A DNA stretch of 32,904 nucleotides, taken from NCBI RefSeq assembly GCF_001194135.2, contig NC_068985.1, forward strand, positions 60,151,152 through 60,184,055, given 5' to 3'. Made by a program: the position numbers and the translations under genes. Origin of the DNA: Octopus bimaculoides (taxonomy: Eukaryota). Under the pieces are notes generated by a model. It made no database searches, was not told the origin of the DNA, and was given only the letters and a program-made list of their open reading frames with translations. Shown piece by piece: positions 9,185 to 20,325 of the stretch; within the stretch, counting starts at the first letter, position 1, and every line of letters begins with the position of its first letter.

Positions 9185-10080
9185 CACACACAAAAGGAAG
9201 TAAAAAATTATTCGCACTTCTGCCATAACATATCTTAATTATTGTCACACTGCCTTCGGTACATGCGTACTTATAGTTGAAACAATTGTGGTCATGTGAT
9301 CAAAGTTTGAACCTGATTGTGCCATTTTTCTTTCTGGCTTTACAGTGTAAGCATGGCCACATCACTATCAACGTGTATCAAAGAAGAACAAAGAGCAGTG
9401 ATCCGATTTCACTAATTGGAAGGTGTGTCAGGTGCTGAAATTCGTTGGCAGCTTTTAGCACAATACGGAGACAGCGCACTACTGCATAGAAGTGTGTATG
9501 AGTGGATTGAGAAGTTTAAAAGTGGCCGGACAAGCATGACGCATGAAGAGGGAACAGAACACCCGTCAACCTCCACCACTGATGAGAAGATTCAGCAAGC
9601 TCGAGAGATGGTAATGGTAAACTGGTTCACCATTACCATCTCTCAGATCACTGCTCTTTGTTCTTCTTTGGTGTACATTGCTAGTGGTGTGGCCATGCTT
9701 ACACTGTAAAGCCACAAAGAAAAATGGCACAATCAAGTTCAAACTTTGACCATGCGACCACAAATAGTACTAACTATAAGCATGCATGCACAGAAGGCAG
9801 TGTGACAATAATAAAGATATGTTATGGCAAAAGTGCGGATAATTTTTGACTTCCCCTCGAATATATATATATTTTTATGCATTTGTATCTTTGTGCCTGT
9901 ATTTGTATCCCCCACCCATTGCTTGACAACCAATGTTCATGTAGCGGTTCAGCAAAAGAGAATGATAGAATAAGTACTAGGCTTAAAATATAAGTCCTGG
10001 GGTCGATTTGTTTGACTAGAACTCTTTAAGGGAGTGTTCCTGCATGGCCACAGTCAAATGACTGAAACATGTAAAAGAAT
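8925..10080 (+). mobile_element. tRNA-type SINE (family B) interrupted in its central (TA)n spacer by a mariner element
   Basis: Head ggctgtgtagtaagaagcttgcttcccaaccacatggttccgagttcagtcc at about 8937-9085; body cccccacc...gcatggccacagtcaaatgactgaaac at about 9880-10075. Compare the uninterrupted copies at 16225-16582 and 29370-29795. Confidence 0.8.
9195..9860 (+). mobile_element. Non-autonomous mariner (Tc1/mariner) derivative with transposase N-terminal HTH remnant and long inverted arms
   Basis: Reads MATSLSTCIKEEQRAVIRFH*LEGVSGAEIRWQLLAQYGDSALLHRSVYEWIEKFKSGRTS, a mariner HTH pattern. 9195-9403 is an inverted copy of 9647-9855. The right end cccctcgaaTA resembles a TA-cgagggg TIR. Confidence 0.9.
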
Positions 10081-10981
10081 ATATGTATATATAAACGAAA
10101 ATATGAACTAAGAGAAATAACTCATAATTGCTAGTGGCATGTATATGAACAAGACAAATGCAGGTGTATCAAATACCATACAACATAAATTCTTGATTTA
10201 TTAATATTACTAATATGTCTATCTCTAGAGGATGTGTCATAATTACCAAATAACAATTGAGACCATCTCCACTTGAGAAGGGGGTACAATCACAAGAATC
10301 AAGAATTCTCCATAGCTGACATTCCATTATGATACATTCCCAAGAGGCAAAAAAGATTTTAATAAATCAAAGATTTATGTTGTGTGGCATTTGAGAGATA
10401 CCTGTATTTGTCATTCTACCTCTCTATAGATATGTATCTTAATAATACTAAAACTCTAGAGATGTTTGTTTGTACCTGAAATGTCTCAGAAATAGTACAT
10501 TTTATCTTAATTTTTTTTTGCCTATTTATTTTCATACTTACCTTCGGCAGTGACATTCGGACCTCTATTTATTAATGAAAATGAGTAAACACAATTTTTG
10601 TTTGTTATTTCTTGACGAAAAAAACATGGCTTCCATGACGTTAACACACATGCACACATACAGAATACACACACAAATAATAAATGTTATGGCATGTCAA
10701 TCAACACAAACACAGGCCTGCTATCTGTGACATATACACACACATAGTCTTTGTGCTCTCTAAGAAAAACAACATTGACTTTTTGACATACACAATATTT
10801 TAATCCTTTAGAAATATTTTTAACTGAATGTGATTTCAGAAAATGTAAGTTGTTTGTACAGTAAGTATTTATATTTTAGCATTCAATATTTTAATGTTTT
10901 TTTTAATATTATTTTGTTTTTTTTAATATTATTTTAATATCGTCAATTTCCGTAAAAATTTTTATATATTTACTTTTGATT

Positions 10982-11355
10982 NNNNNNNNNNNNNNNNNNN
11001 NNNNNNNNNNNNNNNNNNNNNNNNNNNNNNNNNNNNNNNNNNNNNNNNNNNNNNNNNNNNNNNNNNNNNNNNNNNNNNNNNNNNNNNNNNNNNNNNNNNN
11101 NNNNNNNNNNNNNNNNNNNNNNNNNNNNNNNNNNNNNNNNNNNNNNNNNNNNNNNNNNNNNNNNNNNNNNNNNNNNNNNNNNNNNNNNNNNNNNNNNNNN
11201 NNNNNNNNNNNNNNNNNNNNNNNNNNNNNNNNNNNNNNNNNNNNNNNNNNNNNNNNNNNNNNNNNNNNNNNNNNNNNNNNNNNNNNNNNNNNNNNNNNNN
11301 NNNNNNNNNNNNNNNNNNNNNNNNNNNNNNNNNNNNNNNNNNNNNNNNNNNNNNA
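10982..11355. other. Assembly gap (374 N)
   Basis: N run. Confidence 1.
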
Positions 11356-11461
11356 AAACCAGCTGATCCAGATAACAGTTCTGAGAGTCAAAGTGAAAGA
11401 TTGCCCCAAGGGAATATCATTACAAAAATTTTTTTGAGTGCATTCAACGTATCTCAGCTTC

Positions 11462-11580
11462 AAAGATTTGGTTGCTATTTCCAGCATGCCCTGCGACCAT
11501 GTAACAGCTATTTGTGATAAAGGACCCAAAATACATGTTACATGGTAGCAGGGTATGCAAGAAATAGCAGTCAAATCTTT
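11462..11580 (+). other. Imperfect inverted repeat, 45-bp stem and 29-nt loop
   Basis: Arms 11462-11506 and 11536-11580: 39/45 Watson-Crick pairs plus 3 G.U pairs on the + strand, 3 mismatches. Confidence 0.9.
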
Positions 11581-12059
11581 CCTTTTCCAGGGAAAGGAGT
11601 TGTTTACGCATGATTTCAATGTCACATTCATTGAAAGCATGTGAAATAACCCGGAAAAGACAAAAACAAAACTCTGTTGCTGGGAAACTCAGACTTTCAA
11701 GGTGACCCAATGGGTCATGGATAGTCTAGTATATATTTAAATAGATCAAAGATAGATCAAAAGTGAAGAATGTTATATATGATGGCTAGACAGTAAAACA
11801 CAAATAAACAGGTCATACAAACTATTCAGTTAATGGAAGCTACATCAATGAAGTGAAGTGAAGTCCACTGGTATTTGGAATCTTGCAAATCCAAGAGTAT
11901 GGAACTAAACAGAGTATGGAACTAAACAGAGTATAGTATGTATTTATATGAGAGAGACAGGGATTAATATCTATAATGTTTATGTAACTTAGTTTTATTA
12001 TTTTTAAATTAGAGAAATAATGGTCAAGACACTGAAAATAATGGAATATTTCTAGAAAA

Positions 12060-12069
12060 NNNNNNNNNN
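12060..12069. other. Assembly gap (10 N)
   Basis: N run. Confidence 1.
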
Positions 12070-12371
12070 TGTAAGCGCCAGTGAAATTTTCAGAAGGAAA
12101 CATTAAATTTGTCATTTTACATTTGTTATAAAGTATTCTCTCCTAATGTAAAAAAAGAAAAATATCCACCCTCTGAGACCATCTTACTTTTCATTCAGAC
12201 ATAGCATATCTAGAACTACATTATCAAATGTGTTCTTTTAAAAGTGAGTGGCTTCATAGTTGCTTAACTAATTTTTTAAAAATAAAATAAAAATTAAGGA
12301 GATAAATTACTCTGAAAAGTTAAAATTAGTTTTAAAATGATTACATAACTGGAGATGACTCAAACTGTGAC

Positions 12372-12465
12372 AACCCATCTGACATATACCAGCATAAGAA
12401 GCAAACAGATGATGATGATGATGATGCTGATGATGATGATGCTGATGATGATCATAATGATGATG
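12372..12465 (+). mobile_element. Decayed RTE-type tail with (GAT)n
   Basis: aaccca...ccagcataagaagcaaaca(gat)n resembles aacccatgccagcatggaaagcagacg...(gat)n. Confidence 0.55.
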
Positions 12466-15357
12466 GAAAAGCAGGGAATGCTGTCATAGAGACTGATCAA
12501 AGAATTCCTCAATTGGTATCTCTTTTACAGACTTTCAATGTAAGAGATAAAGTGAGCGGTGCATGACAATTTGTGATATTGGCAAACATTGGTGACACGT
12601 AATCAAAGACCACGGTAAGACTTGTAAAGTTTGGAAGAAGAATATTGATCATATATTGATTAGCTACATACTAATTATATATATTTCCTAATAAGTTACA
12701 TACTAATCAGCTATATTCTACTAGAATAGTTTAACAGTCAACAAAGAGTTATTAGTAATTACAAGAAAGACCTGGAAGAATTGTCATGTAATATTTCAAT
12801 ATTATGATAACCCACCATTACAAATACCAAAATTATTGAAATAATAAAACACTCTAATGTTTCTAATTCAGCGTTACATGGTTATGGCACTGCCATATTA
12901 TTTCTTGAATTCTACAAATTTATTAGTTTCTGCCTACTTCATTTAGTCCACATTTGACCTTATTAAAATATTTTCTCATTCTGAATCAGTTAGTTTATTA
13001 AACTCAGCTAAATTTAGTCGCCTCAATTGTATTTAATTTCATTTACTTGTTAACTGAATTCAGTTTAATTCAATTTGTCTTTCATACACTTTCTCTTTAG
13101 ACTGCTTTGTTCCATTTGCAATTGTAATGGTTTAATACAATTTCTACCATTCTATCACTGCAGCAACCACTAACAAATCCCATTTGTGCAGCCATGCTTT
13201 CCATCAGAACTACATGAAATTATGTAACTTACATTCAATGCAACTATAACAGACTCAATAGTGAGGACTTTGTATAGATTTACATCCAATATTGCTATAG
13301 GGACAGTTCACTTTGCTATTGCAGTTTCAACAAGGCTGTTCCAGTTGGCTGCTTGACTTTTCATTTAGTAGAGAGTCAATCTGCACAAGATGTGGTTTCA
13401 GACAGTGAAGCAAGTATTTACATACACAGCATCTTTTGTAAAAGTATCTCACACAGAAGAAACAAATTAAAACTTAACAGTTATTTTAAACAAACTTGTA
13501 ACACTCTTACAAAACATCTCATGGATCAATAAATTGTGAGTCTAAATAAACATAGAAGATCATAGCAGATACAAGAAAGGCGTCAGCATATTGACAAATG
13601 AATTTAGTCTAGAAGAGAATTGTGAAAAAGTTTGCTGTTGTAGGCTGAAAAGATACACACACACACACACAAATATAGCCATAATGTTTTTTATATTATT
13701 GTTGTTTAGTCCTATGTCAAACTTCATTTAGTAGCTCTATGATCAAACATGCTCCAACAATGAACAACCTGCTTTTGTATATATGCCCTGTAATATAATT
13801 AATTTATTATCTGATGGCCATGTTACTCATAACTATGTGGTTCTAAGTTTCATCCAGCATCTTGTAACATAGTCTCGAGATACAAGAGATATGTGAGTGG
13901 AATAGATATTAGACTCAGCAGTAAATCAACTAATTGCCTTATCGACATATTAAATAGACTCAACAGTTATTTGATTAAATTTAAGCAAAATTAAATATGA
14001 GATTAATTGAAAGATATTTAATTGCAGGATTCATTTGTTCCTGGAACCCCATGAGAAGATTGCAGAGTAGCATGACACAAGTCAATGATATCAAAGTCTT
14101 AGCATATATATCAATGATATATGCATTAGACGGTACAAATGTACAGCCAGATAGACTGAGTCAGTGAGATACAAGTTCCTTTGGCAGTGACCCTTGGCCA
14201 TACTGTTCTCTCTTAACTGTATGCATATTCATACATTTACTAAATAACCAGTTGCATAAAAGATATTTGTACACATACAAAACATTACACAATATATCAA
14301 TAACTAGAGTGATTATACATTCCATCTGCTTTCTAATTTTGTCACAGGGAAAAGGATTTGCCAATCATAAAATTTTTGTGAACACACAGACCTGTAAAAT
14401 TAGGGAGTACATCATTTACCAGGATCATTATAGAGTACAAATAATTAATTAATTAATTGCACAATCACAACAAGCTGTAACTTGCACTTTCTTAAACCCT
14501 TGATAAGGAAATAACTATGATTATGCTGGCTAAAATGATTTCAAATTTTAAAACTTTTGTTATAATTTACTGTTAAATGTTTATAAATAATATGAAAATA
14601 AAAGTAAAACTTCACCAAAATTCACCATTTTTAAAGGCAATTATTTTTTCTTTTGTTAAGAATTTAATTGATTGACCAAAAAAAATTGGTGTAAGAAAGC
14701 AATATGCAGCAACTTTTATATTCAAGCACCAATGGAAAATAAATAAAAAATATACATTAACAAGATTTCATCATACCATAGTTTTTGAATAAAAGCAAGT
14801 GGCGCTTGCTCTGAGCTCTAATTCTTTCACAGTGAACCTTAGCCTAACTCACTTCAGGTTTGCTACAGCAGATGGCTAGGGGTGGAGTAAGGAGTCATAA
14901 GGCTATGGGTTATGTCCTACATAAAAGAATTATATTAGAGCAAAAAAAATGAGTTGAAAGAGTATTTCTTGGTGTGAGTAAACAAGAATGACTGAAATTA
15001 CAATTCCAAATTTCCTTTATTAAGATATTGTTTTAATTAAATTTAATTAAATTTCTTGTCATTCTTGAATCAGAGAAAAAGGGAAGGAAATAACTATTTT
15101 CTTTCAATTGTTCTTTACAGAGTTAAAACATACACATAACAACACACATGCATTGATCCACCTATCTATACATGCAGACATATACACATGTACATACATA
15201 CATACATGTACAAACTGTCACACCCACACACACACATACACACCCTCAAAAACATGTACTCACTAACCCATCCACACATGCATAGGCCTATCTGTGTGCT
15301 CACACATACATGCAGCTATAAAGACACGTAAAACACATGCATATACATACATACATA

Positions 15358-15490
15358 CTTTCATATCCTTGACAAACGTTGGATATATATATTTAATGAA
15401 GTGGAGTTGCATATATATATATTTAATGAATCAATGTATTCACACAACATACTTCACAAGACACCAAAACAACCTCTCAACAGCTCCTAT
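15358..15490 (-). repeat. Distal half of the split 3' LTR
   Basis: atatccttgacaaa(c/t)g(t/c)tggatatatatattta...atcaatgtattcacac aligns with 17868-17985. Confidence 0.85.
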
Positions 15491-16745
15491 TTTCTTTTAT
15501 TATGAGCACATTGGCTCTACAAAGAAGGGACAATACAAGGACAGACAGCACAACACTGTGGGGTACATAAAACATATAACAAATGAAATTATGAATATAA
15601 TGATATACTGAAAAATGAAATGTCTTCCTTGCCCCCACACATGCAGATAGTGTCATTCAACTGTTTATGTATCACATATTAACATTACAGTTCATTATTC
15701 TTTTTTTGCATCGTTTTTTTTTTGTTTTAAAAGTCATTATTTTGAAATTTTAAATATTTCACTTACTTTCATATTACATATTGTAATTATATCCTCAAAT
15801 GCCACCAATGGTGGGCATCTCGTATCGAACATGTATTGGCGATATTTCAATTTTTTCACCAAATAGTTCCTTTAACTTTTCACCTCTCTTTCTCTCAAGC
15901 AAGACTGCCCTGTCATCCTTGGCACACTCCCTCCCTGATAACTTGACTCTAATTACATTTTTCATTTTTGTAACCTTTCACTCGATCTCTACACTCTTTT
16001 TCTAGTTTATCATCGCTCGAATGTGTTTTCCTTTTGGCACCAACTCCTGTTTTCCGTCATTATTCTCTCCTGGTGTTCCTGGTATTGGTGTCTCATCCTT
16101 CTCTCTTACTCTTTGTTGTTGCTCTCTCTCTTCTCTCTTCCTTTCCTTTCTCCGCACTTCTTTCCTCCTCCGTAATTTTCTTTTTTTGGTATCTCTGGTC
16201 TTTTGCATTGATTCTCCTCTATTCTTTTATTCGTTTCAGTCATTTTGACTGTGGCCATGCTGGAGCACTGCCTTTAGTCGAGCAAATCAACCCTGGGACT
16301 TATTCTTTGTAAGCCTAGTACTTATTCTATCGGTCTCTTATGCTGAACTGCTAAGTTACGGGGATGTAAACACACCAGCATCGATATCAAGCGATGTTGG
16401 GGGACACACACACATGCATATATATATACGACGGGCTTCTCTCAGTTTCCGTCTACCAAATCCACTCACAAGGCTTTGGTCAGCCCGAGGCTATAGTAGA
16501 AGACACTTGCCCAAGGTGCCACACAGTGGGACTGAACCTGGAACCATGTGGTTGGTTAGCAGCTACTTACCACACTCCTGCATCTATATTTTCTTTTGTC
16601 TTTTTCTGTGGACTTTTGGGTGGTGAATTAACGTTTTCTTCTTTTCTTCTTTCTTTTCTCAACTGTATACTTTTCTCCTACATTTTCTATCTTTTTGCAT
16701 ACTTGCATTTGTACCTCCGCTCTTTGTTCTTCTTCCTCTTCCTGC
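15491..16745 (-). mobile_element. Unclassified retroposed-like insert with purine-rich, K/R/E-rich decayed coding sequence
   Basis: Separates the two LTR halves. The minus-strand 3' end reads gctcatAATAAAagaaaa; near-duplicated flanks ctcctat / cttctat. Confidence 0.5.
16225..16582 (-). mobile_element. tRNA-type SINE (family B), nearly full length
   Basis: tttcagtcattttgactgtggccatgctggagcac...gtgggactgaacctggaaccatgtggttggttagcagctacttaccacac. Confidence 0.9.
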
Positions 16746-16847
16746 TTCTATCAAACTCCCATCTCAATAAATATGCTACTCTTTATAAGAGTTTGGCTAG
16801 TCCATTCTTCCAATCCTCCAGGGGTGTCAATGACTCTTGCCACAACA
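16746..16847 (-). repeat. Proximal half of the split 3' LTR
   Basis: ctcccatctcaa..aatatgctactctttataag...gtgtcaatgactcttgccacaaca aligns with about 17980-18074. Confidence 0.9.
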
Positions 16848-16949
16848 TCTCCCCATTTGAGATAGACTTTCGTTGGAAGTTAATATTATTTTTATCTATT
16901 TATTTTTCTTACAATTTATTTTTCTTACAATCACATCTCCCTTTTTAAA

Positions 16950-17385
16950 ATTTTCCTCCTAGTTTTTGTTTCTAAATTATTTTTTGCCAAAAACCCACAT
17001 TTTTGGATACGGAGATTCCGGAAAATTGTCACAAATCAGAATTTTGAAATTTTTTTGCGCCCCCTACCCCAAATTCTTCATTTTACACTTTTTTCCGTAA
17101 ACCTAAGCCTAAAACCCCAACCCTAACCCTAAGTCGAAAAATTTTTTTCAGAATCGTTATCTCCATATTTTTCCGCATATTTAAAAAGAAAATCGTGAAA
17201 AGTTGAAAATGAAGTGGGTGGGGGTGGGGTGTAATTTAAAAATATTGATTTTTGCCAATTTTATTTGTAGATTTGTATTCTCCATCACTGAAAACAGGGT
17301 TTTGTATAGAAAAAAAATTAAATTAAAAAAAGGGTGTTTTTTTGAGGGGAGGGACAAAAGGAAGTCTTGCCGTTTTAAATATCGG
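16950..17385. mobile_element. Unclassified DNA-transposon-like fragment inside the Gypsy internal region
   Basis: Unrelated to gag; contains cctaaaaccccaaccctaaccctaa and a possible terminus aaaaggaagtcttgccgttttaa. No matching second TIR found. Confidence 0.35.
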
Positions 17386-17398
17386 TGTTTTCTTTCAC

Positions 17399-17784
17399 TT
17401 AAAACTTTGAATAATACTTAATTGCTTCATCGAAACAAATCTCACCTGGTTTCTTCGGCAGAATATAGTTACTATATTTTTCATGTTCGGCAGGGGATGA
17501 CTTTCTTAAAAGTAGTTACACCTTCTTGTCATTCCAATTTTTTCATTCTTCTTTGACGATTTCTTCGTATCTTCTAAAATATGCAGAAAAAGTAGTACCT
17601 TCTTCTGGATTATAAATAAATTCTCCAATTGAGTTTGCTATGCTGTCTGACAAGAACAAACCTGGTGTATTATCAGACTTCTTCAACATTACTTTCAGTA
17701 ACTGCTGGTATTGTTGTTGTTGTTGCTGTTGTAGTTGTTGTTATTGCTGTGGCAACAGTATCGTGCAAGCCATTAAGTCTTACA
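17399..17784 (-). pseudogene. Gypsy gag N-terminal remnant (polyQ followed by a DUF7083-like domain)
   Basis: M*DLMACTILLPQQ*QQLQQQQQQQYQQLLKVMLKKSDNTPGLFLSDSIANSIGEFIYNPEEGTTFSAYFRRYEEIVKEE*KNWNDKKV*LLLRKSSPAEHEKYSNYILPKKPGEICFDEAI, with several in-frame stops. Domain name is from recall, not a search. Confidence 0.85.
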
Positions 17785-17863
17785 TATTAATGATTTTTTT
17801 CTTTGATTTCATACCAAAAAAAGTTTTAACATCTGACATGAGCTTCAAATATCTTGTCGCCAC

Positions 17864-18074
17864 TTTTATATCCTTGACAAATGCTGGATATATATATTTA
17901 ACAAAGCGGAGGTAAAATCAATGTATTCACACGATGTACTTCATGAGACTCCAAAACGCCTTCTCAATGACTCCTACCAACCTCCCATCTCAACCAATAT
18001 GCTACTCTTTATAAGCATTCAGCTAGTTCATTCTTCCAATCCCCACAGGAGTGTCAATGACTCTTGCCACAACA
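17864..18074 (-). repeat. 5' LTR (about 210 bp)
   Basis: TG start; followed by the PBS-like TGGCGAC. Confidence 0.85.
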
Positions 18075-18165
18075 GTTACATTCCAACATGTTGTTTGGCC
18101 CTTGACAGACTCAGATGTGTGCATTTTGGTAATGTATGTATTTAAAAAAAAAACTGTTATGAGTA

Positions 18166-18782
18166 TATATCATCATCATCATCATCATCATCATCGTTTA
18201 ACGTCCGCTTTCCATGCTAGCATGGGCTGGACGATTTGACTGAGGCTACACCAGGCTCCACCAGATGGCTACACCAGGCTCCAATCTGATTTGGCAGAGT
18301 TTCTACAGCTGGATGCCCTTCCTAACGCCAACCACTCCAAGAGTGTAGTGGGTGCTTTTATGTGCCACTGGCACGAAGGTCAGTCAGGCGGTACTGGCAA
18401 CAGCCATGCTCAAAATGGTGTATTTTACGTGCCACCTGCACAGGAGCCAGTCCAGTGGCATTGGCAACGATCACGCTCGAATGTCTTTTCATGTGCCACC
18501 GGCACAAATGTCAGGAAGACGACGCTGGTAACGATCATGCTCAAATGGTGCTATTTACGTGCCACCAATACGGAAGCCAGACAGCTGCTCTGGCAATGAT
18601 CACGCTCAAATGGTGCTCTTAGCGCTCCACTGGTACAGGTGCCATCAAAATTTTGCTTTCGCTTGCCCCAACAGGTCTTCACAAGCTGAGTATAGTGTCC
18701 CCTGAGGAGACGTTGGCATGGGTGCCAGTCATCGAATTTAGTTCGATTTTGATTTCACATGCCTCAACAGGTCTTTGCAAGC
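18166..18782 (-). mobile_element. RTE-type 3' UTR with about 4.5 internal copies of a roughly 65-bp unit
   Basis: (CAT)n, then cgtttaacgtccgctttccatgctagcatggg; units start near 18351, 18417, 18481, 18548 and 18612. Confidence 0.85.
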
Positions 18783-20019
18783 AGAGTTTATATATTTATA
18801 AACAAATATGTATGATATAGTTGTGTGCATGCATTTGTTATACATAATAGTTGTTATTGGTGGTGGTGTTGCAGTTAGGGTGAACTAGATGTTAGAGAGA
18901 GAAATAGATATAGGTTGAGAGAGAGTGGAGGAGAGAGAACAGTAACATTCATCATGTAATTGCGTGTGCGTTTGTTAAATTATGGAAACCAACAAAAAAA
19001 TAGGATGTATCAAAAACTGCTAATTATTTATCATATTAGAGTATCGTGTCATCTGTATTTGTGTGCAATAGCTATGGTCATTATAACTATGTCAACAAAG
19101 GAAAACATAAACATTATCAGATACAACTGATAAAAAAATATTTTTATATTAATAAAACTAAAATTACTAAAACTACAATCCCTACATTTACCTCTTAGTT
19201 TAATAAATTATATTATAAAATATCAACTACATATTCATGAGAAACGTGCTTAATTGAATTTATAGCAAAACACAATGATACTGTTACCTGTGTAGGAAAC
19301 TTAATATACATCTTTACCATTTAATATTTTTATATCAATATTATATCCACTAAGCATTCTTTAATGCTTTTATTTACAGATGCTAGTGTAATATAGCGTG
19401 AAGTATCAACAGATTCAGATTTCAAGTAGTCTTAACATATAATTAATTATTTGTAATAATATTATATCTGATGGTAGCTTTTTGAATACCCATAAACATG
19501 CGTGAATACATGAAAAATCAGTTACCTTCCTCATATATAAGCTGAAGTATTAATACTTTGATATTAATATTTAATGTAATATTTAATATTTATATGATTG
19601 ATATCTGCAAAAAATTTTTTAATTCTTTACAGTTATAGAAGTACTAAACATGAAATGCCAACCAATTCAAAGTCTGTGACAGGAAGAACATCCAGCTGTA
19701 GGAAATCTGCATCAACAAACTCCATTTGACCCATGCAAACAGGAAAAAATAGAAGTTAATATGACAATGATCTTAACAAATGGAGAGGTTTGAATATTTG
19801 TGTAACTGTGTGGACAATCAACATTCTTTAGGAGTTTAGATCTCAGGGGCATAACTTGTGTCAGTCAGTCATTAGACTGTATCCATACTGGAGCATATGT
19901 CTCCATGGATTTTAGTTGGCCGTATCAATGTCATATTTATTTCAGTCTGGTACTGCTTTTACCTCTCTCCATTGAAATGCTAAGTCAGGTCATTTGATAT
20001 AAAGGGAGACAACTTGACA

Positions 20020-20325
20020 CACTTGCAAACAGACGTTTATAGATACACACATGCATTGGTTACTGCGACGAAGGTTCCAGTTGATCCAATCAACAGAACA
20101 GCCAGATCGTGAAATTAACATGCAAGTGGCTGAGCACTCCACAGACACGTGTACCCTTAACATAGTTCTCAGGGAGAGTCAGCATGAGACAAAATGTGAT
20201 AAGGCCGGCCCTTTGAATTACAAGGTGAAATAAAGTGTTTTGTTCAAGGACACAGCAAGCCCTCAGGATCAAACTCAAGACCTTACAATCATGAGCTGAT
20301 TACCCCAACCACTAAGCCATTCACC
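20020..20325 (-). mobile_element. SINE (family D) with tRNA-like head
   Basis: gtggctgagcactccacagacacgtgtacccttaac...ggccctttgaattac...aaataaagtgttttgttcaaggacac; second copy at 25640-25940. Confidence 0.7.

Larger units (their letters stand above)
15358..18074 (-). mobile_element. Decayed, internally deleted Ty3/Gypsy LTR retrotransposon with nested insertions
   Basis: 5' LTR about 17864-18074 starting TGTTGTGGCAAGAG; PBS-like TGGCGAC at 17856-17862; gag remnant; polypurine tract GGGGAGA at 16848-16854 directly before the 3' LTR; 3' LTR in two pieces (16746-16847 and 15358-15490). Confidence 0.85.

Noticed and set aside
12339-12565. Asp-rich open frame (GDDSNCDNP...DDDDDDADDDD)
   Set aside because: The acidic run is the (GAT)n tail of an RTE remnant; no start codon or good acceptor.
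13260-13310. Minus-strand VNCPYSNIGCK, reminiscent of a TRAF-type zinc finger
   Set aside because: Short and bounded by stops, with no further Cys/His ligands or splice context.
14853-14916. Segment with a strong minus-strand acceptor and a GTGAGT donor
   Set aside because: Stops in all three frames; shows that good splice pairs can occur here without coding potential, so other exon calls are down-weighted.
17102-17133. Interstitial telomere
   Set aside because: Only about two exact CCCTAA units, inside a probable transposon fragment.
17640-17915. Cys-rich ORF (CCCCCCSCCYCC), metallothionein-like
   Set aside because: Antisense reading of the gag polyQ (CAA)n tract.
18340-18650. CRISPR-like repeat array (also 1273-1745)
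   Set aside because: Contiguous degenerate tandem units with no unique spacers, eukaryotic context and no cas genes.
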